Source: Octopus sinensis
Lineage: Eukaryota
Length of the DNA: 64,000 nucleotides
Assembly (NCBI RefSeq): GCF_006345805.1
Contig: NC_043005.1
Location: 87,544,001 to 87,608,000 of the forward strand
Reading direction: 5' to 3'
A program made the translations under genes and the position numbers. The notes under the pieces were generated by a model. It had not been told where the DNA came from and made no database searches. It saw only the letters and a program-made list of their open reading frames with translations. Positions 25,827 through 38,275 of this stretch are shown here, in pieces (the stretch's first letter is position 1; each line of letters begins with the position of its first letter).

Positions 25827-28800
25827 GGGTATGCACTGTAGTTTGTTGTGATGCTCTTATTGTTACTGTGCCTAGTAGTGCTATTTTCTATTTGTTATAT
25901 ATACTTGTTAGTCCTGGTATTTTTGTTATGTACGTGTCTCAATGTTTTATCATACCTAATGCGCCAACTATGATAGGAATTCTTTACTGATTTTAGACTA
26001 TATTCGAGTTACCTCTATTTCCAGGTCTTTGTATTTTGAAAGTTACTCCGTTTCTTTCAGAGAAACGTTGTCATCTCTTGATATTGATACATCGATTAGA
26101 AAACACTCTTTTTCCTGGTGGTCTCTGACAACTACATCCGGCCTAGTAGCTTTGATTACTTTATTTGTGTGTATTCGCATATCCCAAAGAATGGTTGCTT
26201 TCTCATTTTCTGTGACCTTTTCTGGGGTAAGCCTATACCATCTCTTGCTGTTATTCAAAAGTGTTGGCATAACTTCCAATGTATATAGGCCCCAATACTG
26301 TCGCGTTTATGACTATATTCCTTCTTAACCAGGACTGGGCAGCCAGAGACAATATGATTTATTGTTTCTTCTCCATCGCCACATTTTCTGCAGTTATATG
26401 TTCTATTTCTTTTCATTGTGTGTTTTTAGTGATTTCTGGTGGGAAGACTTTGATCTTGTGCTGCTATGAAAAATCCTTCAGTTTAAGCTTTGAGTCCTGA
26501 GCATCACAGCCATTGTTGAGATTTAGCTTTAACCCAATATTTGCCATGTAGAGACTTTTCTTGCCCTCGTTTTATCATGATATATTGCTGTTCCAGTTTT
26601 AATTCGGATTTCAGTTGTAATGCAACTTTAGTTTTTTTCATATATGTGTTAGCTTCCTTAAAGACAGAAAACAGTTTTCTGTTTTGTTCGTGTATTGAGG
26701 GTATTTGTATCAGTGTTCCTTGCTTCTTAAGTCGGTATTTCTGTAATCTTATGGTGATTATTTTGTAATAATTTTCTAGCTGTATAAGGCTTCCACCACC
26801 TTCGATACTTTGATAGTATTTCCCACACATGGATGCTAGAAACACAAGCCATGAACAAGGTAGCACCAATAATCATAAAATATATAAAACATACCATGAA
26901 TAAATGGCAAACCGTGCTACAGCTCCAGACAAAAGAGGTAGTCCTAAAACCCAAAGCTGTCCCTATTAAGAGAGGAATATTCCAATGTCAGACATATTCT
27001 ATGTCAGACTTTGGTAGGTGCATCCTAAAACCTGTCATTATTTTTACTGCTATCGTGTCTATTTTGATTAGTTCATTTAGAGTCTAATTAAGAATATTGT
27101 AGCTGTAACTTATAAGTGGAACGGCTAGAGTGTTGATGCCTATTATCTTGTTCTTCGCATTGAGCTCTATTTTCAATATTAATCTAACTAGTCTATAGTA
27201 TTCTTCTCTTTCATTTGTGTGTTGTATCGTATCCAGTTCATTGATTTGTATGTCTGGCTTTGGTCTAATTCTCTTATTTTATTAGTTTTATCTAGTGTGA
27301 TGTTGTCACACTTAACTAGTTTTCCTCTTTTCAAGGTTGCTTTAGCACATTTTTCTAGGTCAAATTTCATGCTTATTTCTTTGGTAAATCGATGTACAGT
27401 CTGTAGTAATGCTTCCAACTGTGTATCATTTGTAGCGTACAGTTTTAGTTCATCCATTCACAAGAGTTGGCTGATTGTTTTGCCGTAACAATTGTATCAA
27501 CATCTAGGTCTCTTTAGCATGTCAGGTATAGGTTTCAGTGCCAAGCAGAAAAGGAGTGGTGAGAGCGTGTCTCCCTGGAATATTCCTCTCTTAATAGGGA
27601 CAGCTTTGGGTTTTAGGACTATCTCTTTTGTCTGGAGCTGTAGCACTGTTTGCCATTTATTCATGGTATGTTTTATATATTTCATGATTATTGGTGCTAC
27701 CTTGTTCATGCCTTGTGTTTCTAGCATCCATGTGTGGGAAATACTATCAAAGTCTTTTGATAATCGATCCAAGCCATACTTAGACCCCCCCTTCCTTCTA
27801 CGGTTGTCTCCAGTTGTGGCTTCATTGATCAGCAACTAATCTTTAAACCCGTATGAGCCCTCGCAGCATCCCTTCTGTTCTTCTGGAAGCAAGTTGTTTT
27901 CTTCCAGGCCTTTGTCCATTCTCTGCCATATTATTGCAGTAAAGCCTTTGTAAATTATAGGGAGACAAGTTATTGGTCTGTAATTTTGTAGGTTTGTCGT
28001 TTCAGGGTATTTGGGAATTAGGAGAGTTTTCCTTTCGGTGAGCCATTCAGACATTGTCGCAGGCTCTCCTAGTATTCCATTAAATTTCTCAGCCAGCGTT
28101 TTTGCATTCCTGTTAGATATTTTAACCAGAGGTTAGGGATATTGTCGTACCTGGGTGCCTTCTAGTTGCCTAGTTTTTGCAATGCTTGGGTAACCTCTTC
28201 AATTTTTATTGCAGTCCAGATTTGTTCACGTGCTGATTTCGTTATTTTAATAGATCTTTTCTGAAATTGTTCCAACGTCGACCATATTTCTCTCCAAAAT
28301 TCTTTCACTTCTTCTGTTGTTGGCGCTGCATTGATCTCTACTTTATTTTTGCCAAGTTCTTGGTAGATTCTTTGGGATTGGAATTGAAATGTTCGTCCAA
28401 AGAAACGTTGGCGTTCCTCATACAAGCAGATTCTTTGTGCTTTAGTGAGGATGTCTTGCTTTAGCTCTTCTTTTACATCAGGTAGATTCTGTTCTGTAAT
28501 TTTGTATTTACATAGTAATTTTCTTCTCTTCTTGTTGCTTAGCATTGTTGATTGTTTACTAGTTTCATTAAGGACTGACAAATCCTCTCTTTTCTTTTTT
28601 CCTTTTTTCTGGATATTATCTATCCACAGGTTTTGTTTGGGTAGTAATACTCCATTTTGGATGGGTTTTAGGGAGTATCCATCATCTTCTGTGGCCACAG
28701 AGGCTGCTGCATATATTATATCATTTAGCCTGGTCATATTGACATTTGTTTCTGTGGCCATTAGTTCTGTGACAGCCTGGTTCATTCTATTTATTATTGA

Positions 28801-29960
28801 TGTTGTTTTATTATCAATTCTAATTTTTGGGAGGTATAATCGGTGGTTCATATTGAAATCTGTGGCTTTCAATTCTTTGATGATGCTCATTTTTAGAGCA
28901 TCATAATCAGTAGTTTCACTTCATTGTTTCCAGGTTTTAGATTTGTTTCGTATTCCCTCCGCTTCATATATTTGTCTGCGGTGTTCTGGTTAGATGCATT
29001 TTGTCCATCATTATACATTTCTACCGTCTGCGTTTGTTGTCTTTCGTTGTTTACTTCGTTTATGTTGGACATGTTACTTCTCTCTTCGTGATTTACAGTT
29101 CCAATACTTTGCCATTGCTGTGTGGTTACCATCTACGTTTTCCTGATGTATTTCTTCCTTTTAAATGTTCTATTTCTATTTCTGATATTTTTTGTTTTTG
29201 TTTTTAGAATATATCTCCGTATATTCGCTAGTTTATTAGGCTTCATTGTTGTATCCAGATCTTTATCTAGGTTATCTTTCTTCCAGATTTTATATGTATA
29301 TGTCGTGGGGTTTACGTTCTGTGTTTAGATCATTGCTTTAAAATAAGCATGTAGGATTGAAATATACTCCCCATGTGTCCATTTATGCTGCTTTAAATTC
29401 TATTTGCAGGAATGAGGAACAATGTCTGGTCCTTTATTTTAATGGTCATCAATTTTGTAGGGTATCGGTTCGTTCATTTCTGGTGTTAAATGATTTTACA
29501 CGCGTAGTTTTTCGTACTTTTTTAGTAATAAGTTTAAAGTAGGTACTTCCGTTTGTTTTCCTTGGGTTGAATAATGCAGGTATTATTTAATTTATTTTCC
29601 ATATTTCTCTGTGTATGGTGGTTGGGACGGGAGATGGCCTGACGTTGATTGGACCGTAGTGTGGCGAGCGTGATTACACAGGTGGCACGAGTGATGGAGA
29701 TGATACGCAGTTAAAATATATCATTTCATTCGGAAAATAGAAAAAATATTAATGAGTATTACTAAGTCGGATATAGTCCAACAGTTAATGAGTATTACTT
29801 GCTCGAGTATAATCCAATACTTTGTCTGTGTGGCGAGCGTGTTTACACGTGTTGTGCGAGTGACGGAGATGATACAGTTAAAATACATCATTTCATTCGG
29901 GAAATAGAAACAAATTTAAATGAGTATTACTTACTCGGATAAAGTCCAGCACTTGGTAGT
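25827..29960 (-). mobile_element. Near full-length (about 4.1 kb) R4/Dong-like LINE family 2, degraded
   Basis: RT motifs NYRPITCLP, KDFDSISHTW, GIFQGDTLSPLLFCLAL, MDELKLYA. RLE C-terminus ILWDMRIHT..IKATRPDVVV..CFLIDVS. Basic N-terminal region at 28160-29130. Many frameshifts. Confidence 0.9.
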
Positions 29961-30030
29961 TATTTAAGCTCCATTTGTTGTCTTTATTCCCGATGATATA
30001 TTAATGATAAATTAATATTAATGATACATA

Positions 30031-31735
30031 AACTTAGATAAACTTAGATATGTTTCGACCAAAGATTGGTCCAGGCCATGTCTAACTTAATAGCAACACC
30101 TGATAAGATTATTTGAATCCTGTTTAAGTCAAGTTTAGTTTATGGTCCATTCAAGTAGTGAGTTTTTGTTGGGTGAGTTGTATCCAATTATGGGTGGCTT
30201 ATCTTGTATTCCTTGAAGGAATCTATCCAGACTCCGTTTAAAGTTGATGGGATCCTTTTCCTCTTTGATATCTTTCGGGACAATGCTAAATAGGGCAGGG
30301 CCTGTTGAGAAAAAGAAATTATGTTGCAGTGTACATGTATGCTGTGATCTTGAATTGGGCAGGGGACGTAAGGCCCGTGGTCCCAGTCTTGGATGAACCT
30401 TGAAGCTAATGTTCAGGTCGTTTGGGTAAAGTTGGCGGTATATTCTCCACATCGTACAAATGATGTACCGCTCAAAGCGACGCTGGAGAGTGTAGAGTTT
30501 CAAGGCTTTAAGGCGATCCCAATAATCGAGAGCAGCCATGCCTTCAATTCGTTTAGTGAGTGACCTCTGGGGTGATTCAATCCTCGAGATGTTTTGTCTT
30601 GTATTGGGAGACCACAGTGGGCAGCAGTATTCGAGGTGTGGCCGTACAAAGGAGGACAAAAGTGGTATGATGACACCTTGTTCTCTGGACTGAAAAGTTC
30701 TTAAGATCCAGGAACTCATCCTACGAGCTTTACCGACCTTCTTGTTGATGTGTACACCCAACTGAGATCGTCATCAACAAATTACTCCCAGGTCTCTGAT
30801 ATTGTTAGAGGCTGTGAGCGGTTCCCCTGAAGGAAGAGAGTATGGCTGTTTTAGTGAGGAATTTCTTCCAAAATGCATCAGCTCAAATTTTCCCTCGTTC
30901 AGTTGCATTTTGTTTCTGTCTGCCCATTGACTCACAGCATATAGATCAGACTGAAGTTGAGTTCGGTCTGCTTCTTCATTGACGATTTGCTGGAGCATAG
31001 TGTCATCAGCAAATATTTTCACTTTGCAGTAATGTACGACACAGGAAGGTCGTTTATGTAAATTATGAAGAGTAGCGGATCCAAGACAGTCCCCTGGGGG
31101 ACGCCGCTGGTGACTTTTGCTGGGCTTGAGTGGACTCCATCAACTACAATCTGTTGTGTTCTATTCGCCAGGAAATACTTAATCCAGTGTAGAACTTTTC
31201 CACAGATTCCAGCATTTGCCAATTTTGAGAGTAGGATATTATGGTCTACCCTGTCGAACGCTTTACTGAAGTCAAGATATATGACATCAGAGTTCGAACC
31301 TGTTCCCAAGGCTTTGAGTACATCTTCAATGTGGTGTAAGAGCTGTGTTAGACAGTCTCTGCCACAGCGAAAGCCATGCTGATTTGCATTTAGGAGTTTG
31401 TGGGTCTCCAGGAAGCCAGCTATCCTTGATCTTAACACTCTTTCAAACACTTTAATGATGTGAGAGGTGAGTGAGATTGGGCGATAGTTGAGTGCGAGGG
31501 ATATGTTTCCCTGTTTGAAAACCGGGATGACTGACTGGAATAGAAACTGTTTCGGTATATAACCTGCATCTAACGAATTTGTCCAGAGGTTGGTTAGAGG
31601 GACTGCAAGTTGGTGTCTACATTCCTTCAGGAGACTAGCGGCGAATCTATCAGGGCCTACAGCAGAGTAGTATTTGACCTCATTTATTGCTGCTATGATG
31701 TCAGTGGCAGTGAAGGTAATGTCTGAGATTTTATG
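30031..31735 (-). mobile_element. 5'-truncated CR1-like (jockey superclade) LINE: RT domain and 3' end
   Basis: YRPISLTSHIIKVFER, NQHGFR, YLDFSKAFDRV, SGVPQGTVLDPLLFIIYINDL, IFADDT, FVRPHLEYCCPLWSP. The tail ends in (ATCTAAGTTT)2. Confidence 0.9.
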
Positions 31736-31818
31736 TTGGGAGTCAATTTCGTTCGCTTCTCTTACGTCAATATCAGTATATTATTATTGTTATTATTATT
31801 GTTGTTATTATTATTATT

Positions 31819-32015
31819 CAGTAGTCTTATTTTTATCACGTGCTTTCACTGCACTACCGAGCACAGCTCTGTGTTGTTTGAGTATGTACTGTGGTATGTT
31901 GTGGTGATTTTATTTTCACTGTATTGAAAGTGTTTTACGTAGGATGTGTACAGTGCCTAGTAGTGCTATTTTTTTTAGTGTTATATATATTTTTTGGTCC
32001 TGGTGTTTTTGCTAT
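31819..32015 (-). mobile_element. Short 3' fragment of R4/Dong family 2 embedded in (AAT)n
   Basis: RC AAAATAGCACTACTAGGCACTGTACACATCCTACGTAAAACAC (KIALLGTVHILRK) matches 25870-25900. (ATT)n lies on both sides. Confidence 0.8.
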
Positions 32016-32051
32016 GCATCATTGTTATTATTATTATTGCTATTATTATTA

Positions 32052-32095
<44 letters not shown>

Positions 32096-32530
32096 ATTAT
32101 TATTATTATTATTATTATCATTATTTTAAACAGCTAGGGAATAAAACTAAACAAAAAACTCTCATTTCGTTTAATTGATCTCTATGTTACTTGTTATACA
32201 TACCGTCATAGATCGATAATGAAACAAATAGATGTTCTTGTCAGTAATGTAGGTTCTTGAGTATCAGACCAGCAACTGCGTTGGTGAACTGACTGTTGTG
32301 AGTAAGTAAATTATGAAGGTTTTGTCAACAAGCATGTTTAGTGAACTGATTTGGGTCCCAGTTTAGATAATTTCACTTTAAATATGAACCATGCCGATGG
32401 CTTTGGTTTTTGTCAGTGTTATTAAAAGTTCTGTTCTGTGAAGCTTACTAACAACATGAAATCAGTAACACAAATACAAACAGATGTGTGTGTGTGTGTG
32501 TATGTGTGTTTGTGCGTGTATGTGTGTGTG

Positions 32531-32543
32531 TAGATAGATAGAC

Positions 32544-32608
<65 letters not shown>

Positions 32609-32647
32609 GACAAAGAGATAGATAGGTAGATAGAGAGATAAACAGAG

Positions 32648-32722
<75 letters not shown>

Positions 32723-32755
32723 CAAAGAGATAGATAGGTAGATAGAGAGATAAAC

Positions 32756-32840
<85 letters not shown>
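32531..32840. repeat. (TAGA)n with a duplicated variant block (period about 112 bp)
   Basis: GACAAAGAGATAGATAGGTAGATAGAGAGATAAACAGA occurs twice within the tract. Confidence 0.9.
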
Positions 32841-32841
<1 letters not shown>

Positions 32842-33043
32842 AAAGATGGTCATTCAAAATATCAGGTATAGATGAAAGAGTTGTTTTTTTATCGTATTTC
32901 TGCTACTGCAAATGCACTTGCGACAATGCATGACAGTCGAACAAACGCATTACTTATTCGGATTGAAATATCAGGCCTTGCACCTATCAATATATGGAAA
33001 TAATCATATATATATATATATATAATATATATATATATATGTG

Positions 33044-33074
<31 letters not shown>

Positions 33075-33135
33075 CATGTAGTTATATATGTATTGATATA
33101 TATATATATATGTATATAATACATATGTATGTATA

Positions 33136-33188
<53 letters not shown>

Positions 33189-34029
33189 TATATATAATAT
33201 ATATATATATATAAAATGTGTGTTATAGATTGAATGTAAGCTATTTGTGAAGTAATTCCATTTAGGCCTCCCCCACCACTATAATCAACTCCCTAATTCC
33301 CATGTGCAACCATTTCATTTCACTGAGTGTCACACAATGTATTTTGCAGATTACCCTATTTACTTGATACTTTCAAGTTCCGATATAATTTCGAACATAG
33401 CACCAAATCAATAATATGATTGTATAGTGTGAACGCTGCAGTGGAAACGTTAACCCGGAATAAAGTGCGTAGGTCAGATTTAAAAAACCAGTTACTGTAG
33501 ATTTACTAAAATAGTATCTCGAAATGGAAAGGCATGAAAATCATACAATCTCTCTCCTGCTTAACAATATAAGCTAGTGTATCTGTGTACAATACACGAA
33601 TACGAGGGACATGACGTAGTTTATAATGTCAGGGCAAGATTAAACATGACTTGACGACATTTCTTCGTGCTCAGGTGACAAACTGGCAAAATATTTTGCA
33701 CCCCGGATAAAGTGTTTGGTGGTATTATGTTGAAATTCTGCCGAGATTGACTTTGTCGTACATCTTTTTCGGGTCCATAGAATAAGTAATCAACTTGCTA
33801 CCTCACCCCAAATTGCTGTCACTGTATCAAATTTGTCACCAATAACCACCCTTAGCCTTGATTATGTTTTTTTTCTTTTCGCTGGTGTAAGAGAATATGG
33901 AAGCTATATACGTCCCCCGTTTTTCTGACGAGGGAGGGCACTATGACTTTCGTTTTTCATGTACTTGATCATATTCTTTTATTCTTTTACTGGTAACAGT
34001 AATTTCACTGCCTTCATATTGGGACACCT

Positions 34030-34169
34030 CCTTTTAGTCGGAGAAATTGACCCCTGGATTTATTCCTTGTAGGCCTGGAAGCTTATTCTATCGGCCCCTT
34101 CTGCCGAGATGCTAAGTGACGGGAACTGACACAAGCACACACATAAATTTATGCACACACACACACACA

Positions 34170-34245
<76 letters not shown>

Positions 34246-34335
34246 TTATTTATACGGTGGGCTTCTTTCAGTTTCGGTCTACCAAATCCACTCACAAGGC
34301 TTTGCTATAGTAGATGACACTAGCCCAATGTGCCA
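34030..34335 (-). mobile_element. SINE family A, internally deleted
   Basis: GGCTTCTTTCAGTTTCGGTCTACCAAATCCACTCACAAGGCTTTG. Confidence 0.7.
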
Positions 34336-34364
34336 CGCATTAAATATCGATTAACGCTTACATG

Positions 34365-34947
34365 TTTCTACAATCCGACTCGGCAATGACACCCCGGTCT
34401 CGCGCCATTTCCGCTCTACCGGTCACTCTTTGCAACACCTGTCTGTGTTCCGATTATCCTTCCACAACCAACCCATTATTTCCCCACTCCCGCCTCCCCA
34501 CCTGCCAACACCATCACACCACCACACACACAACTAAACCTTACACCACCATACCACACAAAACATCACATCACAACACACCACCACACACACATCAGCA
34601 CTGACCACTTCCCAGACCCACTTTTTTACACATACACATATACACATGCACACGTCCAGATCACCAGCCCTCTTCCACACGGACGCGCACCTTAGTTTTG
34701 GGATCACCATCACTTTATTATCTCCCCTCTCCCTCGCTCTGCTGTGTGACCGTTCTGTCTGGCCTTTGCCCTGATAGATCGCTAGCCACTACACATTCTT
34801 TATTTACTCTCCTTGTTGCTTTTTGTGTTCCTTTCTGTGGAAGAGCGTAGAACCAAAACGTTAAAGATTGTTTTCATTTCCCGAACGTTATACTAATAAA
34901 TCTGTTTGTTGTCTTCGTCTTTCGATTTTTTGTGAATTCTCCTTATT
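34365..34947 (+). mobile_element. Penelope-like element 3' end (GIY-YIG tail, terminal repeat with decayed HHR)
   Basis: IRLGNDTPVSRHFRSTGHSLQHLSVF. 34831-34930 is homologous to the RC of 54060-54197. Confidence 0.7.
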
Positions 34948-34949
34948 TA

Positions 34950-36511
34950 CAGTTGCGGCCAAAATGTTCAGAATGGCATTGTTTTCGTCAAACAAGTAAG
35001 TATAAGTTTTTATCAAAGTTGTTTTATATTCACAGACAATAAACACAATATTATTTGTTATTGTCTGAGATTTTGGTGTAATTTGAGAGGATAATAAAAA
35101 AGTTATGGATGATTTAGTGATTTACTGCAAACCCATGGCGGCCAAAAGGATGAGAACGGTTGCTTTTACTCCATGTTTTAGTATATTTAACCAGCGAACT
35201 CTAATGTCTTGAATTTGTTTACGTAACAGTTCGTTTACTAAACATTAGTAAGAAGATCTGCAGTGTACTTTGTTAATATAATGCCACTTAATCCGTTACC
35301 AATTCGTCAGCAGATTATTAAGCTTCGAAAGAAGGATAATTTAAGTATTAGCTCTATTGCAAAGATTGTTAACAAGTCAAAAAGTGTTGTTCACGGTATT
35401 CTTAAGGTCTACGATGATTGTGGTTTGTGTGAAGCAAGAAGGTCTTCAGGTAGGCCAAGAAAAACGACCAAGAGAGAAGATCTTAAAACTGCTGCTGCTG
35501 TTGTTCGGGAAATGAGCATTGTACTGAAGAAAACTTTATCTCGAAAAACTGTGTCTTGTCGTTTAGTTGAACATGACCTACAAGCAAGAGCACCTGCAGT
35601 GAAGCCACTGATCAGCTCCAAGAATAAAAAGTGTCGTCTTACCTTTGCAACCGAACATGTGTTGTGGTCTCAAGAAAAATGGCAAACGGTGCATTTCAGT
35701 GATGAATCTAAGTCTATGTTATTTGGTTCAGATGGGAAAAGGTACGTTCGTAGAAAAGTAGGTGAAAAATTGTTGCCTAAATGCCTTAAGACTAGTGTTA
35801 AATTCGGTGGAGGAAGTGTCATGGTTTGGGGAATGATATCTGGAGATGGTGTGGGCCCTTTGTTGCGATTACATGGAAAGTTAAATGCAGGAGTTTATAA
35901 ACAACTTGTAAAAGATCATGTCTTGCCTGTGCTGAGAAATTCATGCAGGACAATGCCCCATGTCACAAGGCTAAGGTGGTCATGAACTTCTTCAAGGCTG
36001 AAAAGGTTATTGTTATGGATTGGCCTGCTCAAAACCCAGACGTCAATCCTATTGAAAATGTGTGGAATATTCTAGGAGAACGTTTGAAAGCCAGAAATCC
36101 TAAAACAACCGAGCGATTATGGAATGCCCTTCAGGGAGAATGGAATAAGATCACCCAGCAAGAAATTGAAAATTGAATTTCCCCATGCAGTCGAAAATGT
36201 CAAACTTTGATTGAAGCTAAAGGGCTTCACACTAAAATATTAAATAATTCCAGTATTCTCTGTCATTCTTGATTATTTTGTTATTTTTTTCATCCGTTCT
36301 GATCATTTTGGCCACCATGGGTTTTGCAGTAATTCACTATATCATCTATAACATTTGTATTATCCACTCAAATTACACCAAAATCTCAGACAATATCAAT
36401 TAATATTGTATTCATTATCTTTGAAAATTATAGAATATAAAACAACTTTAATAAAAACTTATATCTACTTTTCTGACAAAAACAATGCCGTTCTTAACAT
36501 TTTGGCCGCGA

Positions 36512-36514
<3 letters not shown>
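34950..36514 (+). mobile_element. Tc1-family DNA transposon with long IR/DR-type TIRs and TA duplication
   Basis: TA|CAGTTGCGGCCAAAATGTT...AACATTTTGGCCGCGACTG|TA. TIRs of about 210-220 bp (34950-35159, 36294-36514), each with an inner copy of the terminal motif. Confidence 0.95.
35281..36243 (+). pseudogene. Tc1 DD34E transposase, disrupted
   Basis: GRPRKT, HFSDESK, VMVWG, QDNAPCH-(34 aa D to E)-WPAQNPDVNPIENVW. Frameshift near 35943 and stop at 36174-36176. Confidence 0.9.
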
Positions 36515-36553
<39 letters not shown>

Positions 36554-37149
36554 GTGTGTATGTGTGTGTGTATGTGTGTGTGTGTGTATATGTATAGTTA
36601 CATATGTATACATACATTGGTATGAATATATGTATACGCATGTGGGTGAATATGTGTGGGTGTGTGCGCGCGTCTGCTTGCGTGTCTGTTTATATGTGTG
36701 TGTGTGTGTGTATGCACTGAGCATTATTACCAATTTACCTGATATCACCAAACAATCAGCAGTGAATATTGTTAAGCACTGACATCCAATATCTTACATG
36801 ATATTGGTGACAAAAGTATATTGTTGTATATAATTTATCACTGATACCAATGAATGAAATTCAACACAGATGTTCATCCACAATGCCCTATATATTGTTT
36901 AAGTACAAGACTAATTAGATATTTTATAGCTAAAGCAGCGTATTTAAATATTTAAAGAAATTATGATTATTGTATGAATATTTATGAATTTTTTTTAATT
37001 GGTTTCCTATGCATTCAGTGACAGCCGATTGAGGCTATTTAGCAACAATAATTTAATATATTTCAGAGTTTAGTCTATATTTTAAGGCAACAATATTTCT
37101 TCAGAGATTGTGAGATGCATATGATATGCTACATCAATCAATATCTTTA

Positions 37150-37640
37150 CGTAGCGAGGCGGTGCGTTGGCAGAATCGTTAGCATGGCGGGAAAATGGTT
37201 TGTGGCACTCTGTCTTTACATTCTGAGCTCAAATTCCACTAGCTTTGCCTTTCAACCTTTCTGGGATGATAAAATACTTACCTGTTAAACACTGGGGTCG
37301 ATGTAACAGACTTTCACCCTCCCTCGAAGTTGCAGGTCCTGTGTAAAATTTTGAAATATTTTGCCAACGCATAAGGAGCAGAGAGCTTGCAAAACGTTTA
37401 CCAGGTCGGTTAAAATGTCGCAGGCAGTGTCAACTCCTTCTTGCAATAAGATTAGACTGCGTAATTTTGCCCTGGGCAATGTTATGTTATTATTGCTGGC
37501 AGAATCTTTAGCATGCCGTCCACTTTTACGTTCCCAGTTCAAAAGCTGCCGGGGTCAACATTGCCTTTCATCCTTTCGGGAACGATAAAATAAGTACCAG
37601 TTGATCGATGGAATCAATATAAACGACTCGCCTACTCAGA
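37150..37640 (+). mobile_element. Two tandem diverged family D repeats
   Basis: GGCGGTGCGTTGGCAGAATCGTTAGC... and CTGGCAGAATCTTTAGCATGCCG..., each followed by CCTTTC..GATAAAATAAGTACC. Confidence 0.65.
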
Positions 37641-38204
37641 ATATGAGGCCAATATCATCTTATTATTCAGACCTTCACTTTATCCACTTGTACTAAATTT
37701 GTTCTGTGACTCTAGAACGTGTTCTAAGGGCCATGGGAATAAATGCTATTACAAGACACACGTTTCCTGATTGCAGCCATAAGCAAAAAACTAAATTAAT
37801 TTCATTTTCAAAACTTCAATATTTTCCCTAATTTCCCTGCAACAAAACTACTTTTACGACTAAAATGGCAGACATTAAGACGTTTCGATCAGTTATCATA
37901 GTTTCTCATGATACGCACGTGACATGAGAAATAAAGAGTTGTAATGCACACACCATTAGTATACGGATGTCAAAATAGAATGAGACATCCGGAAATTTAA
38001 ACAACTTGTATCTCAGCTCACGGTGTAATTAATATCCAAGATGTTTCGTCACAAATCGACTCATCTTTCTATATCTGCACATTTGCTGAAGCACGGAAAG
38101 TGAATATAACACCCAAGAAATAATTTACTTCGGCTAGTCTAATTAATTTTACGATAAACATCAGTCAACTGCAGTCTTTTATCAGATATCTAATTCTATT
38201 ACGC

Positions 38205-38275
<71 letters not shown>

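Noticed and set aside
30048-30082. CTG-GACCAA..TTGGTC-GAAAC as a hammerhead
   Set aside because: It lacks ATGA and stem I and is better explained as the LINE 3' stem-loop.
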